Counted from the first letter of the stretch, positions 1-9,767 are shown. The stretch is 64,000 bases of DNA from Promethearchaeota archaeon (GCA_048939015.1 JBHLPW010000003.1:67628-131627), one strand, 5' to 3'. Translations and numbers: made by a program. Notes: generated by a model from the letters alone, not told the origin.

Positions 1-282
1 AGAACCACACATTTTAATATATACCTCTATTTTTACAAAGTAACCAACATCAACGGAGGGGTCGATATAATTTATTGTGATGTTTCCTACATCGATTTTA
101 AGATTTAATATTTCTATAGATGGTGTATTTGGATCAGTTTCAAAATTAAGTGGCTCTTGAGTAATATACGTGTCATAAGTTGACAGATGGCTTGAAATAT
201 ACAAAATCGGTATAGAACTAATAAGAAGAGTAAAGATGATAACCGTTATACTAATACTCCTTATGATATGTTTTTTCATCAT
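1..282 (-). CDS. Partial CDS, N-terminally anchored or secreted protein (runs off window start)
   Basis: Manual translation from ATG 282: MMKKHIIRSISITVIIFTLLISSIPILY... open to position 1; basic N-terminus plus hydrophobic helix; not in ORF track. Confidence 0.7.
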   Translation of the reverse strand, partial: MMKKHIIRSISITVIIFTLLISSIPILYISSHLSTYDTYITQEPLNFETDPNTPSIEILNLKIDVGNITINYIDPSVDVGYFVKIEVYIKMCGS

Positions 283-575
283 CTTTAAAACCTTCGACCT
301 AGATTTAGTAACTCTACAATTATTTAGATAAGAGAGTCTTTTATTTAAATTAACGTATCAGATAAAGGATTTAAAAATCAATTTTCGATAAAATTATTAT
401 CTTAATTCAGGATATAAAAAAAACATAATTCTTTTATATTGAAATCGCTTATAAGCTAATTATTATAAGATAATCTAAATTCAAATCATAGTACTAGTGA
501 TTCCAAACAATTCTCTTAATAACTTTTGATCTATTAGAGCGTTTTTTTTCCACCATCGCCATTTTTGTATTAATT

Positions 576-1616
576 GTGTGTAGTCTATTTTATATCTCCC
601 GTGGTCGTAAAAGGGATATAATACATGATAAAATGCTAATGTATGGATTTGCCAGTTTTTGGTTTAGTATCGCATTAGCAAGAATTTATTTTTTTTTTGC
701 TGATTACTTTTTAGAAGGAACATATAGCGGCGATTTAAGCCAAATTTATCTCACTTTCAACACCATAAATTACGTATTGATGTACTTTTATCTTTATTTA
801 TACATATTTATACTTGTGAGTGTGGTCTCCTTAAGTATAATTTTCATTTGGTTTTCGATAAGATCAAGTAAGGAATTCAAAGCGATTTCCTCAATAATGA
901 CAATAGGTTATGCAGTATTTTTAGTAGGATGGGTGTTTGAGACTATGGTAATCAAATATGAAAGTTATGTGGCACCTTCAATTCCACCTATACTTATGAT
1001 TATTGGGGCACTTGTAGCAATGTCACCATTGATAATTGATCTTCAATTTTTTGCGAAATCTTTTGTTAACTGGATAATAATAGTTTCAATTGCTTTCATA
1101 TTCCTTGCTTTATGTTTAACCTTATTCACACAATTACCAACACTGATAATAATTCAAATTATTATAATATTTGCTTCTTTTGTTCTGGTGTTTGCGCTTC
1201 TTTATATCTCGATTAATGTCTATAAAGTTTATAAATCTCCAAAGTCTTTAATGGAAGATCAAGAAAAAGAACTTAGAGATTTTATACGAGCCTTTTCAAA
1301 ACCTCAAAGGATTACAGAAGAAGAAGTGCAAATGTATAAACAAAAGATGATTTGTCTTGTATGTAAAAGTCATATTTCACGTGTTAACTACGTTTGCCCT
1401 GAGTGTAATGCACTTTATTGTATCAAGTGTTCAAATGCGCTGAGTAATTTAGAAAATGCATGTTGGGTGTGTGATACACCATTTGATGAGTCTCGACCAA
1501 TACAACCTCATGAGGTGGTTGAAGAAGCTTTAGGTTTTGAAGAACAGATTATCGCAGAAAGTGAAGTAGGAGAACCACATAAAGCTTTAAAAAAGGCAAA
1601 AAAAATCAAAAAATAA
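576..1616 (+). CDS. Multi-pass membrane protein with C-terminal C4C4 RING-like zinc finger (candidate membrane E3 ligase)
   Basis: About 6-7 hydrophobic segments, then CLVC-x10-CPEC-x4-CIKC-x9-CWVC; frame is open upstream to 501 without ATG, so the true start may be earlier. Confidence 0.7.
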   Translation: MCSLFYISRGRKRDIIHDKMLMYGFASFWFSIALARIYFFFADYFLEGTYSGDLSQIYLTFNTINYVLMYFYLYLYIFILVSVVSLSIIFIWFSIRSSKEFKAISSIMTIGYAVFLVGWVFETMVIKYESYVAPSIPPILMIIGALVAMSPLIIDLQFFAKSFVNWIIIVSIAFIFLALCLTLFTQLPTLIIIQIIIIFASFVLVFALLYISINVYKVYKSPKSLMEDQEKELRDFIRAFSKPQRITEEEVQMYKQKMICLVCKSHISRVNYVCPECNALYCIKCSNALSNLENACWVCDTPFDESRPIQPHEVVEEALGFEEQIIAESEVGEPHKALKKAKKIKK

Positions 1617-1627
1617 AAAAGAAATAT

Positions 1628-1903
1628 GTGAGAAGAAACAAGATGATATTAATGATTTTTTCTGTATTAAGCGATTTATATTTTTTGGTTGGGCTATTAC
1701 TTGTTATTTTTTTGGTAATACCTTATTCTATCTTAATATTTCTAACAATCTGGGTATATAGAGATGCTAAAAGAAAAGAAATTAATGCTGCCGCATGGGT
1801 TTTAATAGTATGGATAATTCCTTTTTTCATTGGGTTCATCCTATATTTATCTATTAGAAATAAATCGATTTCAAGTACTGTGAGTAGAGAGATACCTGAA
1901 TAA
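1628..1903 (+). CDS. Small membrane protein, PLDc_N (cardiolipin-synthase N-terminal)-like
   Basis: WVYRDAKRKEINAAAWVLIVWIIPFFIGFILYL matches the PLDc_N pattern. Confidence 0.65.
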   Translation: MRRNKMILMIFSVLSDLYFLVGLLLVIFLVIPYSILIFLTIWVYRDAKRKEINAAAWVLIVWIIPFFIGFILYLSIRNKSISSTVSREIPE

Positions 1904-1995
1904 ATTATGTGAAAAATTAAATTATAAAAAATAAATATTAAAAACAACAAAAACAATATTTACAATATATAATAAATTGAAAGGTGCGAAAAAAA

Positions 1996-2253
1996 ATGCG
2001 AATCAGTGTGGAAGATAGTCGTACTGGAAAGCTAATTAAATTAGATGTTAAAAATCACCATCAGATTGAAAGAATAGTTGATATTATCATAAAGCATATG
2101 GGTATTATAAGCGCAGAACAACGTTCGTATACACTTGTCCTCAAAGATCAAGAGTTACCAAATACAATAACTATTGAGGATGCCATTCACAAATTCGGAT
2201 TACAAGAAAATGATAAGTTAATTCTATGGGCTAAAGTTATTGGTGGATTTTAA
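1996..2253 (+). CDS. Ubiquitin-like modifier (beta-grasp), pro-form ending GG-F
   Basis: MRISVED...G..IKLDV...IERIVD...LQENDKLILWAKVIGGF; 85 aa from ATG 1996 (track starts at GTG 1984); adjacent to E2/E1/JAMM. Confidence 0.85.
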   Translation: MRISVEDSRTGKLIKLDVKNHHQIERIVDIIIKHMGIISAEQRSYTLVLKDQELPNTITIEDAIHKFGLQENDKLILWAKVIGGF

Positions 2254-2279
2254 TTTAATAAATACTTAGTAAAATTTGC

Positions 2280-2840
2280 CTAATCATCTATAATTAAAAC
2301 ATCCTCCTCTTCTTCCTCTTTTTCCTCAATCTGTTCTTCAGCAATATTGAGTCCTTCTTTAATCTCACTCATTGTCTTATTTCTAAATAATTCTGCAGCT
2401 TCTAAACATATTGGATAATTAAGAGGATCATCAGGATTTGGATTTTCTACTAAATTTTTAAGTGCTTTAGCTGTAGTTTCTAAATCAGATAACCGCGACC
2501 ACTTTTTCAAAACATTAAGACAAATGTATCCTGTACCAGGATTTCCTTGGGGAATTTGAACAGGATGAATGTTAGGATGAAATATATGCGTTATCCAGGA
2601 GAAATCAATTCCGCCGGGATATGGAAATGATCTATTAATTTTCAAGAAAATGCGATGTGATCTTTGTGGTATAAGTTCTCCTTTATTTTTAATAAGTCCT
2701 AAAGCATTTATATTTATTGTGAACTCAACACTAGATTCCCCTTTAAGAACGGTATTTTCTTCCAATACCTTTAATTTTTTTATATTTGTGAGTTCATTTT
2801 CAATTCTGTCCTTCCAAATTTCATAAGGTAATTCTGGCAA
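2280..2840 (-). CDS. Ubiquitin-conjugating enzyme E2 (UBC fold)
   Basis: FPYP...IFHPNI...GYICLNVLKKW...NPNPDDPLN; HPN triad and catalytic Cys; TTG start after GAGGGG. Confidence 0.92.
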   Translation of the reverse strand: MPELPYEIWKDRIENELTNIKKLKVLEENTVLKGESSVEFTININALGLIKNKGELIPQRSHRIFLKINRSFPYPGGIDFSWITHIFHPNIHPVQIPQGNPGTGYICLNVLKKWSRLSDLETTAKALKNLVENPNPDDPLNYPICLEAAELFRNKTMSEIKEGLNIAEEQIEEKEEEEEDVLIIDD

Positions 2841-2953
2841 TTCTTTTACCCCTCATTAATTTTTTAAAATTAAATCATAATTATTATTAATTTTTTTCTT
2901 TATTATTTTTTGGATATTTTTAATTTTATTATATTCAACTTTTGTGAGCTTTT

Positions 2954-3835
2954 TCAATCTTTTTTATCATAGGAGCACGTCCAACATTCAGGATTCTTCA
3001 ATTTTTCAACAACTCTAAATTTATTTAATAATCCATTATAGTTTAACTGTTTACCAATCAAAGGTTTACCTATATAAGTATCCCATTTACCATGTTCTTT
3101 AAAATAATCTAAACCTAAGACAAATTTTAATACTTGTTGTGATTGGAGGCCTCCAATAATTGATGTTGTAGTTATAATTGTTGCTACTTTTGCCACAGTT
3201 TCACCATTTTCACTCTGAATTTCTTCACCAGTACAAGAAAATTTTTTCCACATTAAATCTAAGTCTGCATTAGAAATACTACATTGCAAACATGCAGCAT
3301 CTTTCTCTTCAGAATAAACTGCTTGAACACTACCAAAAAACTCTTCAATCCCAGAATCCACGAAAGGCACTCCATAATAATAAGCATAATTATTTGCTTG
3401 TAGTCTAGCCTCTACATTATCGAGACACGAACATATAACATCAGATTTTTGATAAAGAGTCTTATCAATATCGTTTAAATCCTTTTTTATTGCTACAATT
3501 TCGCTATCAGGATTTAATTCTTCGCATGCATTTTTCACAACATCTACTTTATATTCTTTATTTTGAGCACTTTGGTTATTAAATAACACACATCGATTTA
3601 AATTTGAAATATTTATAAAATCATAGTCTACTAATATTAATTTACCGACACCAGTTAACACTAAATTTTTCACAACTTCATTTCCTGTGGCACCAACCCC
3701 GATTATGAGAACTGTAGCGTTAGAAATCTTTTTTTGATCCCAACCCTCAATACGTTTTTGACGATCAAATTTATCTGAGTCTATAGATTCAACTCCAAAG
3801 ACTTCATAATCTGCTTTTTTTTCTTTACTTGGCAT
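2954..3835 (-). CDS. Ubiquitin-activating E1-like enzyme (ThiF/MoeB/E1 family)
   Basis: FDRQ, GVGATG, VDYD...SNLNR, CLDN, CLQC and CWTC zinc motifs, candidate catalytic Cys in FSCTG; ATG 3835 is the likely start. Confidence 0.92.
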   Translation of the reverse strand: MPSKEKKADYEVFGVESIDSDKFDRQKRIEGWDQKKISNATVLIIGVGATGNEVVKNLVLTGVGKLILVDYDFINISNLNRCVLFNNQSAQNKEYKVDVVKNACEELNPDSEIVAIKKDLNDIDKTLYQKSDVICSCLDNVEARLQANNYAYYYGVPFVDSGIEEFFGSVQAVYSEEKDAACLQCSISNADLDLMWKKFSCTGEEIQSENGETVAKVATIITTTSIIGGLQSQQVLKFVLGLDYFKEHGKWDTYIGKPLIGKQLNYNGLLNKFRVVEKLKNPECWTCSYDKKD

Positions 3836-3854
3836 ATACTCAATATTTATAAGG

Positions 3855-4358
3855 TTAATTCGAATTAAAGTCCACAACTGCATAACTTACTTCTTTATAA
3901 CCCTTTTCTGAATTTTTATCAAGAGTATAAAATTGGGAATCATCGTCAACTGGATCGACAACTAATGCTACTTGATATGATTCTGGAAAAAAATATTTCT
4001 GAGTTTTTACGTCTGTTTTAGACAAAAAACAACCGAATCCTGGATGTGAGTGCCACCAGCCTACTATTCTTAAACTCTCATCCTTTCTTCTTCTTTTTAA
4101 TCTTTGAAATTTCTTATCATACTTTCCCGCAGCACCCTCTATTTGAGCTGTAGAATATTTATCACTATAAATGGCACCTAAAAGAAAAAGAAGTTCTTCT
4201 ATTTTAACATAAAGTTTCTCGTCCCATTTCAATATATTTCCTATTAAATATCCAAAAATTTCATTATGAAAGTTTTTACATAATATCTTTATCCTATTTA
4301 AGACATCTTTTTTAATATATACTGGAAATACAAAATTTTCTTCAAATGTCATTATCAT
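3855..4358 (-). CDS. JAMM/MPN+ metalloprotease (Rpn11-like deubiquitinase or maturase)
   Basis: EIFGYLIG and [17 protein letters not shown] (HxH-x7-S-x2-D), ALVVDP. Confidence 0.92.
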   Translation of the reverse strand: MIMTFEENFVFPVYIKKDVLNRIKILCKNFHNEIFGYLIGNILKWDEKLYVKIEELLFLLGAIYSDKYSTAQIEGAAGKYDKKFQRLKRRRKDESLRIVGWWHSHPGFGCFLSKTDVKTQKYFFPESYQVALVVDPVDDDSQFYTLDKNSEKGYKEVSYAVVDFNSN

Positions 4359-5275
4359 TAATTTTTCTTAATTTCTTTTATTGAGCGTATAGAAAAATTC
4401 TCACTCTTTTTTAAAATTGAGATTTCTAACATATTTTTTATTATTTGATTAATTTGGTCTCGCGAATTTCCTTGAATCGCAGAAAACCCAAATGTTTTTA
4501 ACCCAAAAGACTCATTAATTTTGCTAGGTTCAAATGCAGAGTTAATAGAGTCTTGGAAATTTGCGAGTATATAAAAATCGATATTTTTAACTCTCTCTTT
4601 TAATCTTGAGTATAAATTACTAGTTCGGCTTAAATTACCAGCACCAGAGTTGGTAACTATACAAATTATATTAATCTTGGCAATTAAGGGTTTATAATTA
4701 CTGAAGTTTTCTACTAAATCTACTAAATTTATTTCTCTTATAACAAACTCATTAATTCCTTCTAAGTTAGAAATCTTCACTGTTTTTTCTACGATCTCAT
4801 TCATCTCATCATCAATTTCTAATACAGTTTCTCCAGGAAATAGATTCATAATTGTTGATTTTCCTACACCGTCCTCACCTGCTAATAAAATCTTGGGTGG
4901 GATTATAATATTATTTTCTATAAAATTACCAAAATCTTTAATCTGAGGGCTCTGATCATTTCCTGTTCCCAATCCATTCTTAAATCGTTTGAAAAATTCT
5001 TCCTTCACCAACTCTAACTTATACATTACTTCATCTTCCGGATCATAATGATCAGTCGTAACTATGAATACATAATCTTGTCGACCATAGGTATATACAA
5101 AATTAAAATTCTCAAAATTTAATGATCTTATATATCCTCCTTCAATCTTTTTACAAACACGTGTAATAAGAGTAAGAAAGCTTACGATATCATTATTTAT
5201 ATGATCAGCACCATAAAATGATTTAAAATAGCGGACTACTCCATCCAATGTAATAATATAGATATTCGATATCAT
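4358..5275 (-). CDS. Longin-domain / small GTPase fusion, paralog 1
   Basis: N-terminal longin-like [16 protein letters not shown]...SFLT; P-loop GEDGVGKST; ANFQD; FSAI; stop overlaps JAMM start (TAATG). Confidence 0.8.
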   Translation of the reverse strand: MISNIYIITLDGVVRYFKSFYGADHINNDIVSFLTLITRVCKKIEGGYIRSLNFENFNFVYTYGRQDYVFIVTTDHYDPEDEVMYKLELVKEEFFKRFKNGLGTGNDQSPQIKDFGNFIENNIIIPPKILLAGEDGVGKSTIMNLFPGETVLEIDDEMNEIVEKTVKISNLEGINEFVIREINLVDLVENFSNYKPLIAKINIICIVTNSGAGNLSRTSNLYSRLKERVKNIDFYILANFQDSINSAFEPSKINESFGLKTFGFSAIQGNSRDQINQIIKNMLEISILKKSENFSIRSIKEIKKN

Positions 5276-5403
5276 ACCAGAATTTTAATTTTCTCTTTTT
5301 CTTACTTTTGACTTTAACTTTTCTTATTTTTTTAATAAATATATGTAATATAATTACATGAACAATGAAATTGTATTCTTCTTACTTTTTGATAATTAAA
5401 TCT

Positions 5404-6300
5404 TTAAATTTGCTTACTTTCTATTTTTTCTATTATTGAAATTTTTATCATTTCACTAATTATTTCAAGTATCTTTTCTTCAGCTTCCTTTTTAATTGCA
5501 CAAAAACCATACGTTTGCATACCAAATAATTCTTCTACTTTTTCTGGTTCATATGATGTATTTTCTAGATCTTGAAAATTAGCTATCACATAATAATCCG
5601 CTTTTTTGACTATTTTTTCTAATTGAGAGTAAAATCTTTGAGTTCTACCTAAATTACTTGCACCAGAATTAGTAACAATGCAAATTATATCGACTGAATC
5701 CAATATTGGTCTATAAATTTTAGAATTTTTAATCAATTCCTCCAAATCAAATTCCCGTAATACTATCTCCTTTATTCTTTTAAAATTAGATAAGGGGATA
5801 GATTTTTGAATAATTTCATTCAAGTCTCCATCAAGTTCTAACACAGTTTCTCCAGGTAATAAATCCATGATGGTTGTTTTTCCTACCCCCAGTTCGCCTA
5901 CAAGCAATATTTTGGGCGGGATAAAGATGTGGTTTTCTGCGAATTCATCAAATACTTCGAATCTTCCTGTTTCACATTTCCAATTTATTAAATCATCGTG
6001 AAATTGTCTAATAAATTCATTTTTCATTAACTCTAGTTTATCTTGCGCTTCCTCTTCAGGATCATCAATCTCTGTAACAATAATAAACATACATAACTTT
6101 TCATCGTCATATGTATATACAAAATTAAAATTTCTGAAATTCAACGATTTTATTTCGCCCCCGCCAATTTCCTTTGCAATACTACTAATTGCTGTAAGGA
6201 ATCCGCTTACTAAATCATAATCCATGTCATCGCTTCCCACAAATGTCTTTGAATAACAAAGAACACCATTAGCCATTATTATGAGTATTTTAGATATCAT
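5404..6300 (-). CDS. Longin-domain / small GTPase fusion, paralog 2
   Basis: ILIIMANGVLCYSKTF...LVSGFLTAISSIAKEIGGGEIKSLNF; GELGVGKTT; ANFQD; FCAI. Confidence 0.85.
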   Translation of the reverse strand: MISKILIIMANGVLCYSKTFVGSDDMDYDLVSGFLTAISSIAKEIGGGEIKSLNFRNFNFVYTYDDEKLCMFIIVTEIDDPEEEAQDKLELMKNEFIRQFHDDLINWKCETGRFEVFDEFAENHIFIPPKILLVGELGVGKTTIMDLLPGETVLELDGDLNEIIQKSIPLSNFKRIKEIVLREFDLEELIKNSKIYRPILDSVDIICIVTNSGASNLGRTQRFYSQLEKIVKKADYYVIANFQDLENTSYEPEKVEELFGMQTYGFCAIKKEAEEKILEIISEMIKISIIEKIESKQI

Positions 6301-6424
6301 TTTGAATTTCTTATTTTATTCTATTAATAATTAATTTAATAATAGAGTTGAGTATTATTTAAAATAACTGTGCGGAATTATCATTGTCATTATGAATATC
6401 CCTTTTAAAAATCTGTGAAATGAT

Positions 6425-6580
6425 ATGGGTGAAGAAGAAAAGGATTCAAAATCAAATGATCATTATCCAACAATAATATCTTACGAAGATCGAGAAATTA
6501 AAGAACAAAAACCTCCAAATGATAAAATTATTAGTTATAAAATCGTAGATGAGAAAATAAATTCAGATTCTGAAGATTAA
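6425..6580 (+). CDS. Unannotated 51-aa acidic micro-protein
   Basis: MGEEEKDSKSNDHYPTIISYEDREIKEQKPPNDKIISYKIVDEKINSDSED; fills the intergenic gap; purine-rich coding-like composition; below ORF-track cutoff. Confidence 0.5.
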   Translation: MGEEEKDSKSNDHYPTIISYEDREIKEQKPPNDKIISYKIVDEKINSDSED

Positions 6581-6609
6581 TTATCAAATCTCATAAGATC
6601 TATAGAGAT

Positions 6610-7557
6610 CTAGTCTACGTAAATAATAATATCATCATCTTCTTCCTTTTTAGATTCATCAATAGCTTTTTTGTTATTATGTTGTTTTTTTAGGATCGTT
6701 CTATTTACCATTTCTTCTATAATCTTATAAATTTCATTCCTTGCTTTTTTTGATATTGCTGAAAGCCCATACGTTTTTACTCTAAAAAATTCTTCCACTT
6801 TTTCAGGAACAAGTGCTGTATTAAAATCCTGGAAGTTAGCAATAATATAAAAATCTGCTTTTTTTATCTTTTGTTCTAACAATGAAAACATCCTATGTGT
6901 ATTACGTAGATTCATTCCTCCTGAATTTGTTACAAAACAAATAATATCAACAGAATCTAAAAGTTGCCTATAATTATTTTGATTATCAACTAGATCTTGT
7001 AAGTCCATCTCTCTTATTACAATCTCCTGGATTTCCTCTAGATTTGGTAGTTTAATTGACTTCTCTACGATGTCATTGGTATCTTCATCAATTTTTATTA
7101 CCGTTTCTCCAGGAAATAAATTGAAGATGGTCGATTTCCCAGTACCCGGAACACCAACTAATAAAATCTTAGGAGGTATAAAAATGTGAGTATTAATATA
7201 TTCATCAAAACTTTCAAACTTTCCAACATCACAATCCCAATTTTTAATTTCCTGTCGATATCTCTTGAAAAATTCAAATTTAAGCGATTCTAATTTATAT
7301 CTTACTTCCTCTTCAGGATCATCAATATTGGTTACTATAATAAAAATCCAATTCTTCTCATAATCAAAGGTGAATACAATATTAAAATTTCTAAAATTTA
7401 ATGATCGTACCTCTCCCCCACCGATCTCGCTCGCTATATTGCTAATTGCTGTGAAAAAGCCACTTATAAAATCTTCATCAATAGACTCTTCGCTAAAAAA
7501 TGATTTTGAATAGCATAGAACTCCACTCGCTTTTATTATGAATATTTTTTTTATCAT
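6610..7557 (-). CDS. Longin-domain / small GTPase fusion, paralog 3
   Basis: MIKKIFIIKASGVLCYSKSF...FISGFFTAIS; GVPGTGKST; ANFQD; LSAI; acidic tail EEDDDIIIYVD; ATG 7557 aligns with paralog starts. Confidence 0.85.
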   Translation of the reverse strand: MIKKIFIIKASGVLCYSKSFFSEESIDEDFISGFFTAISNIASEIGGGEVRSLNFRNFNIVFTFDYEKNWIFIIVTNIDDPEEEVRYKLESLKFEFFKRYRQEIKNWDCDVGKFESFDEYINTHIFIPPKILLVGVPGTGKSTIFNLFPGETVIKIDEDTNDIVEKSIKLPNLEEIQEIVIREMDLQDLVDNQNNYRQLLDSVDIICFVTNSGGMNLRNTHRMFSLLEQKIKKADFYIIANFQDFNTALVPEKVEEFFRVKTYGLSAISKKARNEIYKIIEEMVNRTILKKQHNNKKAIDESKKEEDDDIIIYVD

Positions 7558-7600
7558 AGGATTTTTTATTCTTTTTTGCAATAATAGATTGTATGATTAT

Positions 7601-9484
7601 TTAATATGATTCCTCTATCATCTCAAGGAATATATCAGCTATATTAAGCCATTTATTTTTATGTTCAGGCTCTAATGTTTCTTTTTTTGTCAATTCTTTC
7701 CCTTTTTTGAGATATTTAATAGATTGATCCTTGTTTCCTAAATGTTTATAGCAAATTCCTAATTTTATATAAGTTTGATTAATATACCATTCTTCAGGAC
7801 TTAATTCAACTACTTTTTGAAATTGCACTAGTGCTTCATGGTAGTTTTGGTTATACATTAGAATCTCCCCATATGTATCTAGATAAGTAGGATTATTTGG
7901 AGAGTTCAAAATAAGATTCTCAATGATTTCTAACGATTCATCTTTTTGATCCATATACTGCAACCAGTAAGCTTTGTACATAAGTAAATCTTTATCATCT
8001 GGGTAATCTTGAAGTAATCCTTCTATAATTTCAAATCCCGCTTTAAGTTTGTTTATTCGTTTTAGAATTGATGCTTTCTTAATTTTGATTTCTCTCCTAT
8101 TCTCTGGAAATTTGTCAACCATTTCATCTAAATCCCTTGAAGCTTCATTATAACGACCTAAATAAATCAAAATTTTAATTTTAGAATAATAATTCTCCAT
8201 ATTCTGTGAATTTTTACTAATTTTCTCATTTATGTTTAAAAGTTCTTGTTCATATTGATTTTCAGATTCTTGAAATAACTCAGCCATATTTTGCCAAATA
8301 ATTCCCTCTAATTTATCCCCAATCCCTCTTAATTCAGGCTCTGTTTCAATTTTATATGCTAAATAATTAATATAATCAGGTAAAAAATTATACAGGGATT
8401 CTTCTAATCCTTTAATAAATAATTTATCTAAGCATTCTTCTAGAATTTTATCAATAATTAACTGTTTATTTATTGATTTTGAAAAGAGTCTATTAAAGTA
8501 AGTCAACATAGTAACATGTTCTTCTGTTATCGCTCTAAGCATCATTTCAATTTTTTCATTTTCTTGAAAATAATAAATCTGGTCTGATGAAACTTTTAAT
8601 TGAAAAAATTTAATCGGATATAATCCATTTTCTACAATTTGATCAATGTAATAAGTAAGGGTATTCTCTTTAATGCCATATTTCTTTGAAAATGTCTCAG
8701 GTGATTCATAGTTAGGAAATTCATTAGGGTGATTTACTGAAAGAAATAGTATAATTTTGTTAAAATCATCCTCATTTTTTAGCAATGATTCCACTCTGGT
8801 ATAATCTAATTTTACAATATTGTTTAGAAGCCTAAATTGTAAGAATTCATCCTCAATCTTATTTTTTTTAAAAAAATCAATAGTCTTGTTAGTGATTTCC
8901 TCAACTCGCTTACTTTCTCTTTCTAAAATTGATTGTCTGTCTAAATTGTAATTTTGTAGCATATAGGCATACTCGACTTTCCCTTTTCTTGTGATTTTAT
9001 ATTCCTTGCTCTCATCATCCTTTTCTACTAAACCTTCTCTTTTTAATTGTTTTAAGTATTTTGATAGTGAGGTTTGATTGATTGCAACAGGCTCTTCGAG
9101 AAAATCAGACCACTTACAGTAGCTATTGTTATAGAGCATCCATAATATCCAATGATCATAATTCCTACCTTTCTTTAGGATAATATTTGGCGGAAAGTTT
9201 ACTTTTCTTATTTCTACTGCATTTTGAGACAATTTATTGAATCGAATTATCCCATCTGGGGTAATTTTATAATGCCCTATATCAGATTTAACTATTAAAC
9301 CTTGATTTCTTAGAACTCTTAAATATCTTGACAATGTAGAAGTTGGAATTTTAAGGTTAACAAAATCAGACCACTCACTATCATCATTATTACTCAACAT
9401 CCAGAGAATAATATGCTCATAATTTTTCTTATCCATTGCTGGAGGGTTGAGAATCTCTTGAGGAGGGTAAATTTTCACTGGCAT
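7601..9484 (-). CDS. Tandem winged-helix + TPR protein (putative transcription regulator), paralog A
   Basis: Two wHTH repeats (IPTSTLSRYLRVLRNQGLI..YKITPDG; INQTSLSKYLKQLKREGLV..YKITRKG) and C-terminal TPRs (YLDTYGEIL..YHEALVQFQKVVELSP). Confidence 0.8.
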   Translation of the reverse strand: MPVKIYPPQEILNPPAMDKKNYEHIILWMLSNNDDSEWSDFVNLKIPTSTLSRYLRVLRNQGLIVKSDIGHYKITPDGIIRFNKLSQNAVEIRKVNFPPNIILKKGRNYDHWILWMLYNNSYCKWSDFLEEPVAINQTSLSKYLKQLKREGLVEKDDESKEYKITRKGKVEYAYMLQNYNLDRQSILERESKRVEEITNKTIDFFKKNKIEDEFLQFRLLNNIVKLDYTRVESLLKNEDDFNKIILFLSVNHPNEFPNYESPETFSKKYGIKENTLTYYIDQIVENGLYPIKFFQLKVSSDQIYYFQENEKIEMMLRAITEEHVTMLTYFNRLFSKSINKQLIIDKILEECLDKLFIKGLEESLYNFLPDYINYLAYKIETEPELRGIGDKLEGIIWQNMAELFQESENQYEQELLNINEKISKNSQNMENYYSKIKILIYLGRYNEASRDLDEMVDKFPENRREIKIKKASILKRINKLKAGFEIIEGLLQDYPDDKDLLMYKAYWLQYMDQKDESLEIIENLILNSPNNPTYLDTYGEILMYNQNYHEALVQFQKVVELSPEEWYINQTYIKLGICYKHLGNKDQSIKYLKKGKELTKKETLEPEHKNKWLNIADIFLEMIEESY

Positions 9485-9555
9485 TTTAGAAGAATTGATA
9501 TAAAAACTACTCTATTTAAAAATAGTGTTAGGTTCTATATATATTTATTTTGTAG

Positions 9556-9610
9556 AACTACCATAGTAATTCGGGACTACCATGAAGGTACCTTTAAAAA
9601 AACTATAAAT
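9556..9610 (+). promoter_or_regulatory. Operator-like palindrome plus BRE/TATA, copy 1
   Basis: CATAGTAATTCGGGACTACCATG (9562-9584), then 19 nt, then TATAAAT (9604-9610). Confidence 0.7.
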
Positions 9611-9721
9611 GGTTGTCATAAATACTCTTTTATGACCATTTCCATATTGTTCACTCTTAAAATTACTAATATTAATTTGGGTGTAGAATTAACAATGAGT
9701 AATAATAAGAGGGACGAAACA

Positions 9722-9767
9722 AGAATTTAGAATAGGAGGAATATATTTAATCCTCCATTCTAATTCT
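9722..9767 (+). other. Short copy of the conserved GGAGGA/TCCTCC hairpin
   Basis: AGAATTTAGAATAGGAGGA-10nt-TCCTCCATTCTAATTCT. Confidence 0.55.

Noticed and set aside
9413-9730. 105-aa plus-strand ORF
   Set aside because: Overlaps the regulator start and spans the promoter/operator; no protein-like features
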